From the NCBI GenBank assembly GCA_023245355.1, contig JAHFKN010000004.1, positions 25,309 to 89,308 of the forward strand: a DNA stretch of 64,000 nucleotides, written 5' to 3'. This document shows, one piece after another, positions 52,101 through 54,639 of this stretch. Numbering within the stretch: position 1 is the first letter of the stretch; each line of letters opens with the position of its first letter. The notes beneath the pieces are model-generated. The model saw only the letters and a program-made list of their open reading frames with translations. It had not been told where the DNA came from and did no database searches. The position numbers and the translations under genes are program-made. Source of the DNA: Candidatus Gottesmanbacteria bacterium (lineage in GTDB: Bacteria > Patescibacteriota > Microgenomatia > UBA10105 > UBA927).

Positions 52101-54639
52101 CTGTCCTGATAGCCCCCGCATTTGCCGAAACACCCGCAAACATAGAATCGTTTTTGTGGGCGTTGTAATATGCAAGCACATCGGAATCCGATCCGATATA
52201 TGCTTTTGTAAGATCAATTTGTGCAAACCCGTCATTGATAGCCCCAAGTGCGGCAGACGGCATGGCGGACCGGATCGTCGCCCGGGCAGTTGCGATGTCA
52301 CCGCATTTTGACGCAGCTGACGTAGTCGTAGCCAATTGTTTACAAAGCTCCGTTTCTATGCCGGGAACGCCGTTTTGCAGGTTATATACCACATTGTCCG
52401 CCCAATTCTGCGTGATGGCACCCGCATCGGCAGCGCTCAATCCCAACGCTGCTATCTGCGCTTGTTTTTTCTTCATCGGATCACATTTCGGATCGCTTCC
52501 GCACACTGCACTGTTCGGTTTATTGAGTATGTCTGATGCTGTTTGAAAGTCTTTGAACCGTTCTACCATCGCCAGAGTATCTTCTTTGGTCACTCCGGGG
52601 TAATTAAGTGCTGCCTGTACGTTTTTCTGATATCCGGAACAGACTGAGGTATTACCGGTATTCTGATCGAGACAGTTCTGATATGCGCTTTGCGCCGTAA
52701 GATATAGATTGGATACTTTTGATACGACATAATTGTGATAACTCGCATCGAGCGATTCCGTTTGCGTCGGGTCGATACCCGCCGAAGTCAGCGCATTATT
52801 GGCCTGCTGCAAATATCCCGCACAATTCGCGTCATTTGACTGCTGCTGGGTACACAATTCATATTTTTCCCGTGCGGCAAAGTATTTATCCTGCCCTTCA
52901 TACAGTTTGACCGTTGATGTAACCTGTGTTTTTGCCAACTCCTGAAATGCCTGAGATTCGACCGTAATGCCGTATTTGGCAAAGGCTTGGGATTCACAGG
53001 AACTTTGTGTACCGCCGTTTGCTTTACATGCATAAATATCCTGTGCAGCCTGGTTAACAGTGTTTTGGAACTTCGCCGATTCTTCTGTATATTCTTTTGC
53101 CAACCCTAAACTTTTAGGAATCACGGTTAACGGACAACCGGGACACTGCGCCCACATTCCTTCGGACGGATTCTTCGGATTCCGCACACATTGCCACCGC
53201 TGGTTATCATTCATGTCAGTCGCCGGACCATACTGCTCGCCGGTGGCAACATTTCCTTCCATTATGGCCGTTCCCCCGGCGCCGCCGCATGATACGGACG
53301 CCTTCGGTTTCACCGTCGGCGACGGAGTTGTTCCGGGATTGATTGCGACCACTGTAACGATCGGAGTGATTGTGGGTCTGACAGACGGCACCGTCGTCGG
53401 CACGGTCGGAACCTTTGTCGGAATCTTTGTCGGGGGTGACGTGACTGCTGCCGGCGGCTGAGTCGGCTTGGGGGTTGCTGGGGTCGTGGGAGCCGGCTTA
53501 CACGTACCTCCCCAAACGGTATACCCATACGGGCAATTATCCGAGCAATTTTTGTTACCCCCGCCTATCAGGACGCAGTCAGACCCCGGAGGCAATGTCG
53601 GTTTGGGGGTAACCGGCGGGGTTACGGATCCCTTTGTTGTCGCGACGATGGGTGCAGTCGTAGGTTTCGGGTTACATGATCCCCACGATGATCCGTACTG
53701 ACAATCACCACACAACAAGCCGCACCACTGGTCAGGCGCATGGGTAGGTTTCGGAGTTACTTTGGGCGTCGTCGTAACGGTCGGCTTGGGCGTAGTTTTA
53801 CAGCCGACACCGAAACCTAACCAGCAAAACGGGGCAACGGTCGGCGCTCCTCCGATTCCTGCCGTCAATATCGTCGGAAACGGCTCGCATTGATTTGTGG
53901 CGACATTGTATTTGGCTTTTCCTCCGCATTGATCTTTATTCAGTGCCGTCTGAGTAAGTAACGGCGGAGGCGTAACCGTTGTGTTGACTTTCTGAGACGG
54001 AGTCGGGGTTTTGCTCGCTGAGGCCATAGCAAGACAGCTGGTACGGGCAGCCGCTGTTCTCATACGTAAACATGCGGACCTGTCAAATGCAGGCGTGGCG
54101 GTAAGACGGGGCGTTATGGTGGTACGCGGTGTTACGGTCGTGCGCGGTGTTGAAGACGCCGCAATTCCGCACTGAGTGATACACGAATACGACCCCATAC
54201 ATCGCGCCAGACAGGTGTTATACGACGTTTGTGACGTCGTTGGCGTACGCGACGGAGTCGGCGTTTTTGTGGGTGTTTTTGACGGAGTCGGCGTTTTTGT
54301 GGGTGTTTTCGTGGGTGTTTTAGTCGGTATCTTTGTCGGTGATGAATATGCGGCGAATTGCCGTAACTCTCCCGTGCGGTCACGCTGGATCCGTACAATG
54401 GCTATAAATGTCGTTGCCGCAAACAGCATGAGAAGAATAAGCGGAAGAATCCGGATAAATCCCCTGCTCTTTTGTGGGGATCCGGAAAACAAACGTCTAT
54501 AACAATCTATAAAGAAGTGGAACACCGATGAGGCTGAGGATACTTCCGGCGCATGAGCAGACGAATGTAAGTCAAATCGATTATTGAAATCTTTAGATAA
54601 ATGCTCCAAAATGAACGTCAGATCACCCGGTGTCACCAA
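22105..54639 (-). CDS. Giant mosaic membrane-anchored protein, 10,844 aa. N-terminal TM anchor, PT-repeat and Cys-rich stalk, SF2-helicase-like ATPase, internal membrane region, PPP-type metallophosphoesterase, HExxH motifs, papain-fold modules and tandem degenerate GGDEF-fold domains
   Basis: A single open frame of 32,535 nt with no stop. Residue positions were mapped by counting and cross-checked against nucleotide anchors (K861 at 52057-59, K2313 at 47701-03, H4377 at 41509-11, H5532 at 38044-46, H8925 at 27865-67). The apparent start is a non-ATG codon (TTG 54639 or GTG 54636), preceded by an AGGGG SD-like element. Confidence 0.85.
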   Translation of the reverse strand: MVTPGDLTFILEHLSKDFNNRFDLHSSAHAPEVSSASSVFHFFIDCYRRLFSGSPQKSRGFIRILPLILLMLFAATTFIAIVRIQRDRTGELRQFAAYSSPTKIPTKTPTKTPTKTPTPSKTPTKTPTPSRTPTTSQTSYNTCLARCMGSYSCITQCGIAASSTPRTTVTPRTTITPRLTATPAFDRSACLRMRTAAARTSCLAMASASKTPTPSQKVNTTVTPPPLLTQTALNKDQCGGKAKYNVATNQCEPFPTILTAGIGGAPTVAPFCWLGFGVGCKTTPKPTVTTTPKVTPKPTHAPDQWCGLLCGDCQYGSSWGSCNPKPTTAPIVATTKGSVTPPVTPKPTLPPGSDCVLIGGGNKNCSDNCPYGYTVWGGTCKPAPTTPATPKPTQPPAAVTSPPTKIPTKVPTVPTTVPSVRPTITPIVTVVAINPGTTPSPTVKPKASVSCGGAGGTAIMEGNVATGEQYGPATDMNDNQRWQCVRNPKNPSEGMWAQCPGCPLTVIPKSLGLAKEYTEESAKFQNTVNQAAQDIYACKANGGTQSSCESQAFAKYGITVESQAFQELAKTQVTSTVKLYEGQDKYFAAREKYELCTQQQSNDANCAGYLQQANNALTSAGIDPTQTESLDASYHNYVVSKVSNLYLTAQSAYQNCLDQNTGNTSVCSGYQKNVQAALNYPGVTKEDTLAMVERFKDFQTASDILNKPNSAVCGSDPKCDPMKKKQAQIAALGLSAADAGAITQNWADNVVYNLQNGVPGIETELCKQLATTTSAASKCGDIATARATIRSAMPSAALGAINDGFAQIDLTKAYIGSDSDVLAYYNAHKNDSMFAGVSANAGAIRTALEKQVAPQIVDAVKQQQQQQQQAAPQSLVAMNPDSEYSSAYEEWKKEQLQQGRSTAGKTEAIWQASFDQAQMDAIEKLRPELEADGKYLSFLADVQSGKVVPTALYDELHPVMASRPPGYGPATTTTTRVGETWLNTVITKTKTSFNNLFGMSEKDATTQAQGYVALLPEDNKKTYIAAQNANPEAQAWLKANPGTTTEDYLEHQMQQYYENKPKLVQLGLVRADDPVSEAAYLNQVLSGERSVDRAMASIEPWKQTLMPLVSVANSVSNGAFTTRLNPELATLQQQQSAVVVVDYAVTTNPDLIKNFEIQLKTDPELKLEYDTWKKTADPKKQTTEDFLTHRVAVGYAITDNINTGVYKIEGAKDLMAIDPQWVVNAALSGNNSMDALKTSLDTANAEYKKAQQAMHQASVVGVITPEEQSAFDKAKKEIQVAQANALASAYIVNLNPAAQESLQQQVGQKLGTTDISAIQKYQHEQVSAYIQSEDARFLLSSGNVDVTLEGVLNGTVDIAAGQRAYEHIVATDPLAVVAIGLNKFENGALLEGQLIRDDPNASWYDRNIRAPVMMTAKPVMTAVAIVVPPLRIAQLGAAALTAQSALAIAGESMSIYMTGSSAQDTAQVCTMHADMNTSACLQSAGMTLFAASSILPASRGLNAMARVARIERIQQGTLTLLDSADIALTTGSKLSGVARLISPADAAVADLAVLARQAGRVAVTQEVLLQQTNAVTQNLARTVFSGSSEPLAVQMGRNALGTAVFGSQTIQTCAETGLSADCLVSAGMTMVSAGRLVTAPIVASAPQSATARTLMRADQIVNTAQAGVACTAAALGTVPFESCATNVMMAGLSVGESALHQSQADLVRIDDPFVARAQALADAVELGNASLIFPSDITFNGQTVHVDGTNRAALQLDVQTRLGSAIGAAAQAVSQTNSIITQATKDKTLTKDPAQMTPAERALADAVDIWQKYVNPDGTVKSSVPTGTYDAAGLPVEQVVTGGMIEAARRSVEMSQRVVATEQAATTLHDPRSFAERVRDQVLGREPTEVRDYRAAIDAFEEIAKTTDPSSPVYSEALSHVQSAEETATTYTYTAAQKTYADQLKTTKETLVGLDEQIIAAEDRIQLFDKPDISEDIALRTKQVDDANRALTDLRARNASDEAIAIAERSVSRAQEALDRVNAVATERDLHPNVAERRTIAAQIETQELAPLQQQAKVVAAKAESLRASVAYAGTLRGKFSEFVSNITKTPNTGRGIADVLSGRAIQEQSLDARYNYIVAEERRAEAESLKRTLEAEGKPVPAELEQSIKDLEIKSADALAAFESVQARANRSLFVRISKIFGGARVADIQLRTVDTVGKLRVTAEAIRNDGFRVVRGEDNTLMLEDTTGKGRKPSRAASQRLADVSKFLDTLETNWSAINGKGTDLRMSGPNNPDGRLDQSGIFYDAIFDTQIDGSAGVMGVLYDGATGLGKSSFLLNAIADSKVVLTGTKVHVLATTWADVQGMIREYGPQVHSRNGVKAVYYNMQGREVTFFDAASNTVVTLDGKDARAVRAMADADVVYSATVETPYEFHASRADDPLTQAFLKTTKDAMLLVDEFDVIAAGTRFSSGGQMQELVSQKSPGLVQKYRSMYEANAVRSFEDMAVAVQTRKSSVELFTRSGEHNVLADNDTAQGMYRDMVTEAARQAFDASKAQGDTRSFDQFLSENRISVDDAGNPRTNPRDVVAAFDRYYKSGDTPSAFKSEFGERVGAMNAIIEHASRSTNGYGFDANNQLVYGDGGGRLQNTRPQEALAALALETVGYRIQEAMRGNNVDHSDVALRIDTVTVSNQGESSTWKQILSSGHYSPRLYGFTGTPDSVVLDAKLSLGMTLKVPNPDFTSRNLIFGDNAVRQFAWKKVSALANMIIGDLAEGQAARVILDLKEVGREIALGQVLSEARRMGPDVEVIVVNNDNNVAETRKVQVYKDGVYVRSIEGDSSGTSIEKFTAEYALKNRGNKRFIVVYDQGSGRGTDIKGVFEPHQMSPDGKTLLKGSGDPEYVFTSERTGTTTDVVQDIGRAREIAKDGTVYLLSDTDARINKEFALDIFEGNELSAKQNALTNALRQGYDDLVKNSIDLLNDISARTNGGAPLMVTREGKTMSLSEALKLEYDKVAGINDSLSQSSQLGSEAIDQAARRARDFINHIKELPEFKQLSLEARQYYFDTMYNSGERVAIAITDTAAPETRASLQNVLRVDQRTALINENIRVSDIATSVSRQGRDTAAVTTQERVEAITRAASPFADPVGQQVALDSLGRAETLVDQISRGRSLSGSDAFSLSLANVAAAQLARAKIELEAAKARLPIRTQTVDTLGTIRKGDILVGTDQSALTGAHTIENGTRVVWNAADGSEQSQTIDDTSVFTLPAGVKSVKLVTGNIETVIDVSSGPAALQTVQTISAPEFGPLYNLNSKLAQVAAQMDRLGKATSPQIAEALKKDAEKKVAEQLNKSGIQVTEDILRGSAYARAVAAFVAYEQAIARAASSLSSESLAGNPQQTVLSLADSARENLRAAMESLFVMHTPAITNAAVKQAFTDLAVVRGAAVGSDIAVSDQAEKVHIQTDSHKNVLVTSYRQRTDGIISQVIDGLSGRFVRDGIARQRRNVNGVIAATSRAKWVAARWAGVTSVGRALVSMPTAFQLAFRRVAPQYSQTRTAPNAQSLQQPQSVTTQWQDIGTAYDMSFGAHPFGLLGQVFTRLITGKGEWATPQQLGAAAVWGATRIGPFFIGQPWIGIAFLANDILLQPPTRMIAAAVRAANVALTVPTIQNFFHGDWTLPLMNSPKFSQTLKNINAGSRTGTLESMVNATPFAIGDPQWNPLRAILQTVQWTTSLVTAAPIRLAWDTYRIGRAISNRNQPALTLTSYIQSVDNWDMKGFEFFILPKAWTNATPRNNARVWLISRPLLSIAGIFFPPLHAISGPLWAYDLQRLADDGLAGWKKFWAAPNGKTVWWIPRSEWTQGSLIAPVQTTQPTTIRQFVSRVITASPRTDKAIFWISRGIALFPGPFWGARALAVFGFDLSRLVATLVASSPRALTGVENLFAKSGGLYSFLNASITKGFGGIVWYAVSRVILLPMIVAVLGMAFGAIGIAGIIPAFLVTLFVPFIIGYDTLRVGLWAHHLAQVTPRPAFSAKGTSPIMPEEQQLIQLEGELQTLLDTAASRQKEVLDAEKQLAALHADFDAINTLKNEDNPEERRRVAEEAYQQALTTQQQADEAVMSAQAALESANAQVAAIALEIESVQPVPVSPVVTAPTQEEEATILQQKNARAYTQLREAYQSKLTLAVHNIGVQMQQFARAQSEIDPVSLMSDFEGRVREEIFAKGFGSPVFRSYQIEQLVRLGLSDQEANQVYDEFGRNIIIPSLGKVTATILSGIKWDEKTIAEHVVISEIDAALYRLILADVHADPEQVEQVLLSRGAITVDAQHEWHVKDPRILMTFLGDYFDRGIKFIDGRLTVRPYLKSGYFAQYARQPGLELLRRLTTLRDEARRMGGDMLLMGGNHEVQFLWAALSDPNSPSFEGGGLFARNGVDPEEVRQARENVTSLRKLLASLDWISLRSGGDIMQHSDSAIYAKYIFMEPAFADLRDSEEVDINDLRRVRERIQALGLSADDVVKRINANISAIIARGNTTQLENLFRSLTHHGQLQGSQMLSDYYRSLFVTDVNTHAIAPRILHGHNPAAPKSYNNGTVLGLDDKLSRAYKGSDFVFLDATSPFGSQGVQRVTEEINTTVYSYRYDTPVVNTFTPETYTFAPFTVSVFDQISAFWRRPQGAQPIPSRQLTAQQQEQLQNLQARLAAANEFVRKQSEALQTARSAAQAALQAVVNAKANAESGAVIDYEAKLREIEKDIKAAEAMVSRAQDAYISGKQKADAASQLVAAQKQMNEFLETIRGQGVAIGRLDLRALWGNTSAIVQAFNNLVSSVVAREQQHLTALQALEKALVAGVVPGAGFVRDVISATTLLDSVTQAIATEEQRLAFEAGTLIVQVPVPSAPVTTTPEVDLTGYTLTGVVLPAGVAQGLGIDVIAQYTNANGTVLEIKGRVRGNGINRSTWNIDLEGVKTPVTVSESQFIYTTVYTAAPAGVSGGADVGALVANLFGANVEAQMLSSAQINPLLCSDCSDFVENVIMPLFAKAHQARSVGQTDSAIGYLNDIMSAIQQHEDNHRPGSGHEDAGKPVNTILFNIVRYLVHTKEADIFDAPDEVALADRARQNARTARALAMNAVRAELAGKSAKQANEVFAFIRAQRKADLSLIRTMTDAASAERTLTAIKAEITGQSSSVLRNLWNLAADAILGNDPLKEYEQEILEAEKKIEELKKAAPAVAPAGDTTEKKQFPPAIQSVIDRITAGRSSRQNTTLEKSVASVKLGKAATDYYEVRRFIGRYAQFTNHISDFIRANGYDKNSVLTATALRSLKSEYDRLGFDFTETEISQFTTLNTEIGSAGLIQKDMETKVAHLLGVTINLREVADEYISRMYGDAAENKRTVEGLVTLYKTSIAKQRLKNTRDGGHLDLSNLTNLQAALLQSIESRVNGGVYRDDRALTEVTDDELYLAAASMRLSYQDILSSFGTLSNYFDLNIAVHNYLNQTVEDKTGHRFAFGSGRYAVPFTVLDAKLGIVYDTADAADVVGFQSKQLSGHFVLTSQFNNTEMLVNTLAHEMIHERQVQNLSINKSQEQTYIEAFTSGLAQLVVPDAQFIAYGTGVARVLEAVNLLRKAGVEERAILDSLATTADTGYTYLLRGGSSMVPPFGTLFDSQFGQGAFKAWMSEEVSGYYQNADAWFYSPEEYSPRDHAAISGYHALYIQTAKRVFDEKPAGVALGGETVFSEAWFSGMGKGNDYAIYKRRLDRYNALIALDEFMRSEAETLTDAAQADMQGNIQITQRLMENIGNGDFSVLDQPVFDLKALVPGADTSSMEKFEAATAFFDELSTVADMEVYARLSRDTARLQQIADAIARGEYGHYGAELQEKVTQAGNKILSKLRSRYQGLSLGAEDNIDETEKLISAFDADVQKITILPEEQRKRAAGSFERKLRIQYIEASIRIIRDQESYMHKTLQDVPQQWYDAVDNQNVSELRTVTAEVRQKVQETRAAYDAWLLTEFPKAKSEEIRDQLRALVSARRAIIASPADRAADILRAAYEAELRNPGLPIFVPEDIFIRLIEETETYKNLEEAGQLRREIQDLQNFILRTIAEARTTWINEDSTPVLADAVTGIILNRFTTFHISPDKFLAAWNSKVNVKVGTIHQLMEHMIAGVDNTGPEAGETYTRLSEPILRQVFDPMVAYLGQLNQRTAAVDQTTTGGQSTLELLENGIDAYNRTAPPERRYSRRTGSQMGRYDVLQSVEERLNDFLDQLTKWGMTFDEGVPPAAPREFIATNIRQRAGREALALSRAQQQKRSRGARAMNERRRSITFAITRGIPDGWRQLIAPIVTDMLVGVMPPVGVLEAWRDPHVQVAWETLLGLFADARELAPLTPHIIRAVMRNPYRAQALLTDITAVVRALGEESWTTEAQGIGVVRESLSPLLEETVGFEAERFTGYIRHVIADRAALDEFYDLLSRVASDERLVAEARGQHRETMLRDRIRMLLIDGGIMETGINTTELESWVSEIYASLEAPAPAPQSTIRDLMDEMAARFGLDATKDNAMLDAVFADISGATGELVLPRLTDLQEELDTNPRWDEAQAAIQRQFTQVRANPDAVRALLTIYMRTLISMTVNPTAQIPAVVRQEQLTLEILEEANSGWVRSAEETEQIFRGLHAAQITTELLQQLFPNDVQYRQPTDETLAHITQTYGISEDNFAQLITDIAHYLWLLKPGEPGGKNEQPAGGAPAPGIPPREEEPIPPEITLPDAVAMLVADLQNPMAAQERMLELASDVRTIFEVTGKTSYPILLSPVQSAEQLLLSDGRSLIREEEAAVNEVPVVVDGGSGNNGLSVPRSRSDVARFTATSKLQSKDVIPMLSLRFGIDTQVLESLIEKEGVDTDKINPIVLLTTGLRLISENRLWNLSTNAVVSTLNEVTYFIEQHGRIFTTGNDRSRVVEELLRILRLEMSRTETDLARRAGIASGLNLNIIRLENTKANRDAARSILDEFGIPYNSKRDFYETPQMVNFRLIESLPPGVAERFGITDENFSEDRYREALASLTEEELFQTDTNIHARMTGSNYDWTGSVAFERSRVSDVISRLYDRVPRFIESLISFIPRRIKSSQSIIPLIPMWMHFVPFSASQNAIYDVQSVNLGTVDLVRAIEKIQRMPWYTRPVRILGVTNPTMALFVIRTLGFQLDQQLQITTIEGVKLQGGAALAYIESHQEEFTSQDKQIHIAIATPRLIRVMESDTMKRLVTRAKRNERATRLTAILARTVGVDPEIIRQAAQRQTPEPQIIPEELQSTEMTEESNVIFASQLEALRKEQIVLRTAIENRIGTISRGRGANRTATYGHEEEYALLTELLRSPTLDTGSPARTEDIAALRSRLIAAYELFRVTPEETKGFADLMGIRGAEIRTQVRAALRTWVAEGRVIDRNDAEFRDRVVREVSTAYPIRPAAISQDHWETLFAVYIQDRLLEYVGQHEAWVTFVQSAVDTAIEDQIRVHNYSDLALIQQNVVRHLSGAPVSPLIESVRAALVTSMVRETADARTFGLITRITGDSAANIIVGAIAGNAQARAVVERLARGEKVKTQEINDVVTAVLTGIDTSLYKGNIRNNTRKWITALGSIYGAKDRGQTPAVTRGQRGDLLPSVLVPAGPRKQIAPLRDQISGLFTRNNILIAVEIAAGLGFLAAIAMMVPQYGSLVQTRLPQISGMIAAVLAILFGLQSVGWRVFESLEKVFAQVTIKMVSGVLALALLLSQVPAMKGYSERIQDYLASRQQSSNVITDQQEQPSEILVLPPVSNSGSGPSAAVPVSVSSLGYETDVTQALVTYVKSQRTYGTSTAQQNRMVDDVRKLYESLEATLGKGNVNGINARLVLAGAQVVDITNEQGTVIARVVTYPSDGQPSGSLLHDDVFPSATTEERGAQTAAIPLSQIQSGLPGSKSSGYVIALPQAGGFTCYIHTLTAAISLIDAETATTGTVPVVIDPLLYAELLSPEAQSRDSLTMDPAIVEKYLNHGGGTKSEQALALLNLGVQEGKGKTEFASILKNMGYQLSDETIPVISQSKTRYEVTQSVFLEMVSKHPSIQYEIKDGKVILYVPSADLRESLLRVMMGQQEAAYKGVAHGTIISLNSSKVTEHSLVYLGFVERDGEVFVRLADGLMTSFINPSTWGVYAGIEKDEATGTYLMPVDTFLAKFKGVQVLSPAGTKPLSVPAQSAAVSQPEEVQPPVIEAQPPVAETLPQVPTALPRLPAAGARTILGPAAKTQAAIMSNVFADILNEWQSSPDRDTVTPSEALKTGLVDRGFETLARELDRADYDAYDFLDDLFTSQRNVWPDQEVQCVAFANLLVESGLVDFNIPISAIGGEVAKSMAGDELSNDPDGLVFRGEYYVLRVQSQQDLQTYGPGHFFVVYNKGSKNPGHIAYIDTNEAGIQTFTVYDANYKFANGKVTGDGIIRGETLTFDQFVAKYGAIAEGRGRSQIAILLTQEEGGALAAARQQGSVPGTNLSLSSVFVGVAYTAVQRPFRFVQRIFAGRALKSSEVAAGNPGAIQRSLRANIALARAMLRLEGQQTDKRWFTRVTASLGVMWRGLWQFDETMQVLIPQGIGKLIPASEPAPQSPQFRQQSRPWIDPQLALAAVRSGRALRNAYTPVTRPAKQFVRAAAKRVRQQACGGSALRLIPLVFAQDPQGANDCPVGRVIDSVTPIIEEGMEPPAAVILESMDPEKPVTRSVWGFQQLIPEFLQKPYLFTRFRESISAVPIRRGETFDVSEWITTMRQTPPNSWERRMTKAAFDKKYAYYRVGLARLEAEVRELLIANPQADDEAIRAVYDQYQITYGFTRPVRDEMVRIVERYRTQQQIIGRAASAYPDGQTFIKAVFGTDVGAETSMVVRGPFVIIELDAADFSKAALNAHELMHDGIVAQGVSYEGASGLHPGKTLIPAFNDSVIFINRRYGEAYGRQMVIHEMQHAVYDIIRNDGSSAPATDRLTELLRSWNTQEERREGLAAYLDARTYRYIVSTEILAYAAQRDNSFAKDSSFIIRTLTKRQADGGQYDSYPVEAGVIRAKVIREYGEEYAGEIDALLAAHMGTPQQYRQYDAMVTSGVEAVFSVRRFMSREEAVALFTHEPIERWPAVARRAGMLNQLRGVQEGVRGLFIRMQPQYPFGESLRVAIGTDDRSLVRMGLPTPTQLTAAMNDLPILRASSMRRALARGLYWLLVGIRRISSPQFAVDSRAVSEMTQWEKYMVGSLTRRERAIVLHKEYKNMRVKDDFAPQLIVNFLQFARSDAARAHNQPLFVRVNEAKNRTAYDPRELIQDEAVIAIAQADGRFRRIRVPLDREFTADEIAGLIAQGEIAADPGEAMVVIDEQPADPERYVGRYTESQNAWLRVARTGTGGIIVTGDHLVVEGVLAFRMFAALSNGILEQGTMNVPGMNTQVEDPVLQIPVDGTLRFSGVARLYAETLEALHMDFKNDSSIISPMVPTYPESSDAQNFPVELRRIQPQTLPMITPDNQWIEPDAFNTAVRAINGSQDESLLGVVFMVTNNRYIPIWLQRFLRLGLLRLPYVGPMIQAMNGTALVSYVPPVLVSEAEFDSISEYSADTVKVPDGTVFAVMDLVTPSGRRKRFASVSGNGTWTHQQLLNDFRDVFVELQQRSRTPVLQAYSAQENSFQRVQQREIVKAAIFRAFLQFINRMGDIELASQMNQILIGAPELVDLYNEYFLDALHQKQLRPLSREMFPLSIRSQVRTDWIDEVNSYGDAPQLVWTSQSWPLLSHVNRKIVKVIDIENLFGANHVLADSRTQKLLGDYLLKDMAAVFFETRIAMNDAANRFGLIRVAGDKYAIFVDESVTDTEADDFISRFGEILGTHTMFYEDGKRITSRPLGIHLSDESLAMEDVARVDQNALAAAIEGDAIYTEALDNLRRSYGLINLLIHDISLLGQTGNSVHQQFRQYMTQLTTTLLVDDLLQGPAGVLERYFRTIDANAKVLVHKNAKGAIKSAHELYPGNARLLQVSYAGTLKHVNTDLGDLAGDEMIHKQFVPIVERVFGSLGVHQIVVFHKSANDFVIFLPEGTQVDIQAFREALQHELSDLSIDGHRYYSHPSFGITDVTFANTGGESDADTENIAIFDEALGVLASRANEDALQTISAHFFENRLPKQGIPYWEWDWLRRYLHPDVTVEKRGGIRLTELGVSDREKDQLEQIAPKNKFESDEDVTRAFRWQRAIGELAGRKYQDALPWWRRLWNVLTSGPYSVNLGIMDPRVRELLGIKMGTPLSNTQQSVGAALAKAGKSLVPAFVPEVPQGATYAIGGEDVIITGPDIIVNIDGVSSQGRASADIQKEAWERAIETYRRMTGSGFDPNVFLDTDARTDRLAQIMDLYAQEMRSYNATASEKVRTTLSVILFYRKDGKQYMLDYRVGNHYRFVYNQQTKELDSVDEPRELEKADVDRILSTVKNVEEDVNNLLLMNTRLSTAQAEQAVAWARIQDDERAQYKAGSLPDDVLRSVLKTVPNLPQAIAAVKRQNSRLTPEQARTYLAWINIPTKAGKAAYQIKVTGTTGETPQMFEDDGSVANVVEREMPPGSRWIVGSDSIQKIISEGHRADVARILNDAPDESAARTQLMSAFIQWGVRNEDDLSFAVIYTPNVMIDTNAAQVKESPLQPPSARLTPSASIDVYLTQATPMRIQVIGEQLIVHRDYDNRDIMKNGQVMSGGDVPLFVGDRLHVLNDPITYEVSIDEKGMLVLLDIGAAAGSEDHSIDIAVPVPESAKKNIVRGYLAYQIEDPAGPTDAEGWFSWVGPVSDELAIDVGQANRKRTVSFTPNKKDIDEKLLSVFGTVPKDTWIPMYRTSDRIPIGELRITVTGIVTIHVFVRNGENTELEIKK
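24340..25422 (-). other. Giant protein: tandem degenerate GGDEF-fold (nucleotide-cyclase palm) domains (aa ~9740-10100)
   Basis: Domain 2 reads VSYAGTLKHVNTDLGDLAGDEMIHKQFVPIVERVF...VVFHKSANDFVIFLPEGTQVDIQAFREALQHEL, aligning with GGDEF consensus blocks (DIDhFKxINDtyGHxaGDevL ... RyGGDEFaillP.t..e.a...ae.iR). Domain 1 reads IDIENLFGANHVLAD...LIRVAGDKYAIFVDE. The GGDEF signature is replaced by SANDF and AGDKY. Confidence 0.55.
27853..28023 (-). other. Giant protein: paired HExxH motifs 52 aa apart (NAHELMHDG aa 8873-8877; VIHEMQHAVYD aa 8925-8929)
   Basis: Two HExxH motifs in 'AHExxH' contexts. About 0.3 HExxH are expected by chance in 10.8 kaa, and three are observed. Confidence 0.4.
29410..29772 (-). 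other. Giant protein: putative papain-fold Cys/His module 2 (aa ~8290-8410; QCVAFANLL ... GHFFVVYNKG...GHIAYID...VYDANY)
   Basis: The Cys8301 to His8367 spacing (~66 aa) and an HFFVVY beta strand followed by D/N resemble C39/transglutaminase-like papain-fold peptidases. Confidence 0.4.
30295..30927 (-). other. Giant protein: putative papain-fold Cys/His module 1 (aa ~7905-8115; GGFTCYIHTL ... HSLVYLGFVERDGEVFVRLADG)
   Basis: Cys in a GxxC context followed by a His-hydrophobic beta strand resembling the C39-like 'HwvVl..........DP' pattern. Weak. Confidence 0.3.
31465..31743 (-). other. Giant protein: second TM cluster (aa 7633-7725), three hydrophobic helices
   Basis: ILIAVEIAAGLGFLAAIAMMVP, ISGMIAAVLAILFGLQSVGW and FAQVTIKMVSGVLALALLLSQV. 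Confidence 0.5.
38032..38046 (-). other. Giant protein: HExxH motif 1 (LAHEMIHERQ, aa 5532-5536), zincin-like candidate
   Basis: A HEMIH pentapeptide with a Q three residues after the second His. Confidence 0.35.
40960..41832 (-). other. Giant protein: calcineurin-like/PPP-family metallophosphoesterase domain (aa ~4270-4560)
   Basis: Motifs in canonical order and spacing: DVHAD (4277-4281), GDYFDRG (4316-4322), GNHE (4375-4378), LHGHN (4549-4553). Confidence 0.7.
42685..43960 (-). other. Giant protein: internal membrane-embedded region (aa ~3560-3985) with Trp-rich hydrophobic segments and a clear TM hairpin
   Basis: GIVWYAVSRVILLPMIVAVLGMAFGAIGIAGIIPAFLVTLFVPFIIG (aa 3938-3984), preceded by WxxW-rich hydrophobic stretches (FFIGQPWIGIAFL, IFWISRGIALFPGPFWG). 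Confidence 0.55.
46060..47742 (-). other. Giant protein: SF2 helicase-like ATPase module (aa ~2300-2860), ResIII/HsdR-like motif set
   Basis: Walker A GATGLGKSS (aa 2307-2315), Walker B/DExD LLVDEFD (2436-2441), motif III-like GFTGTP (2693-2698) and motif VI-like QGSGRGTD (2846-2853). Confidence 0.5.
52041..52064. repeat. Trinucleotide run (CTG)3(TTG)3(CTG)2 encoding poly-Q8 (aa 862-869)
   Basis: ctgctgctgttgttgttgctgctg on the plus strand, equal to (CAG/CAA)8 on the coding strand. Confidence 0.8.
53110..54357 (-). other. Giant protein: mucin-like stalk (aa 95-510) of PTKTPT repeats and P/T-rich linkers separating small Cys-rich modules
   Basis: PTKIPTKTPTKTPTKTPTPSKTPTKTPTPS, followed by modules such as CLARCMGSYSCITQCG, CGGKAKYNVATNQCEP, WCGLLCGDCQYGSSWGSCNP and CVLIGGGNKNCSDNCPYGYTVWGGTC. 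Confidence 0.7.
54251..54310. repeat. Perfect 30-nt tandem direct repeat (x2, 1 mismatch) encoding KTPTKTPTPS
   Basis: The unit gacggagtcggcgtttttgtgggtgttttt occurs at 54251-54280 and again at 54281-54310. Confidence 0.8.
54394..54459 (-). other. Giant protein: N-terminal signal-anchor TM helix (aa 61-82, FIRILPLILLMLFAATTFIAIV)
   Basis: A 22-residue hydrophobic stretch preceded by basic residues (KSRG), which fits an N-in orientation. Confidence 0.6.
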
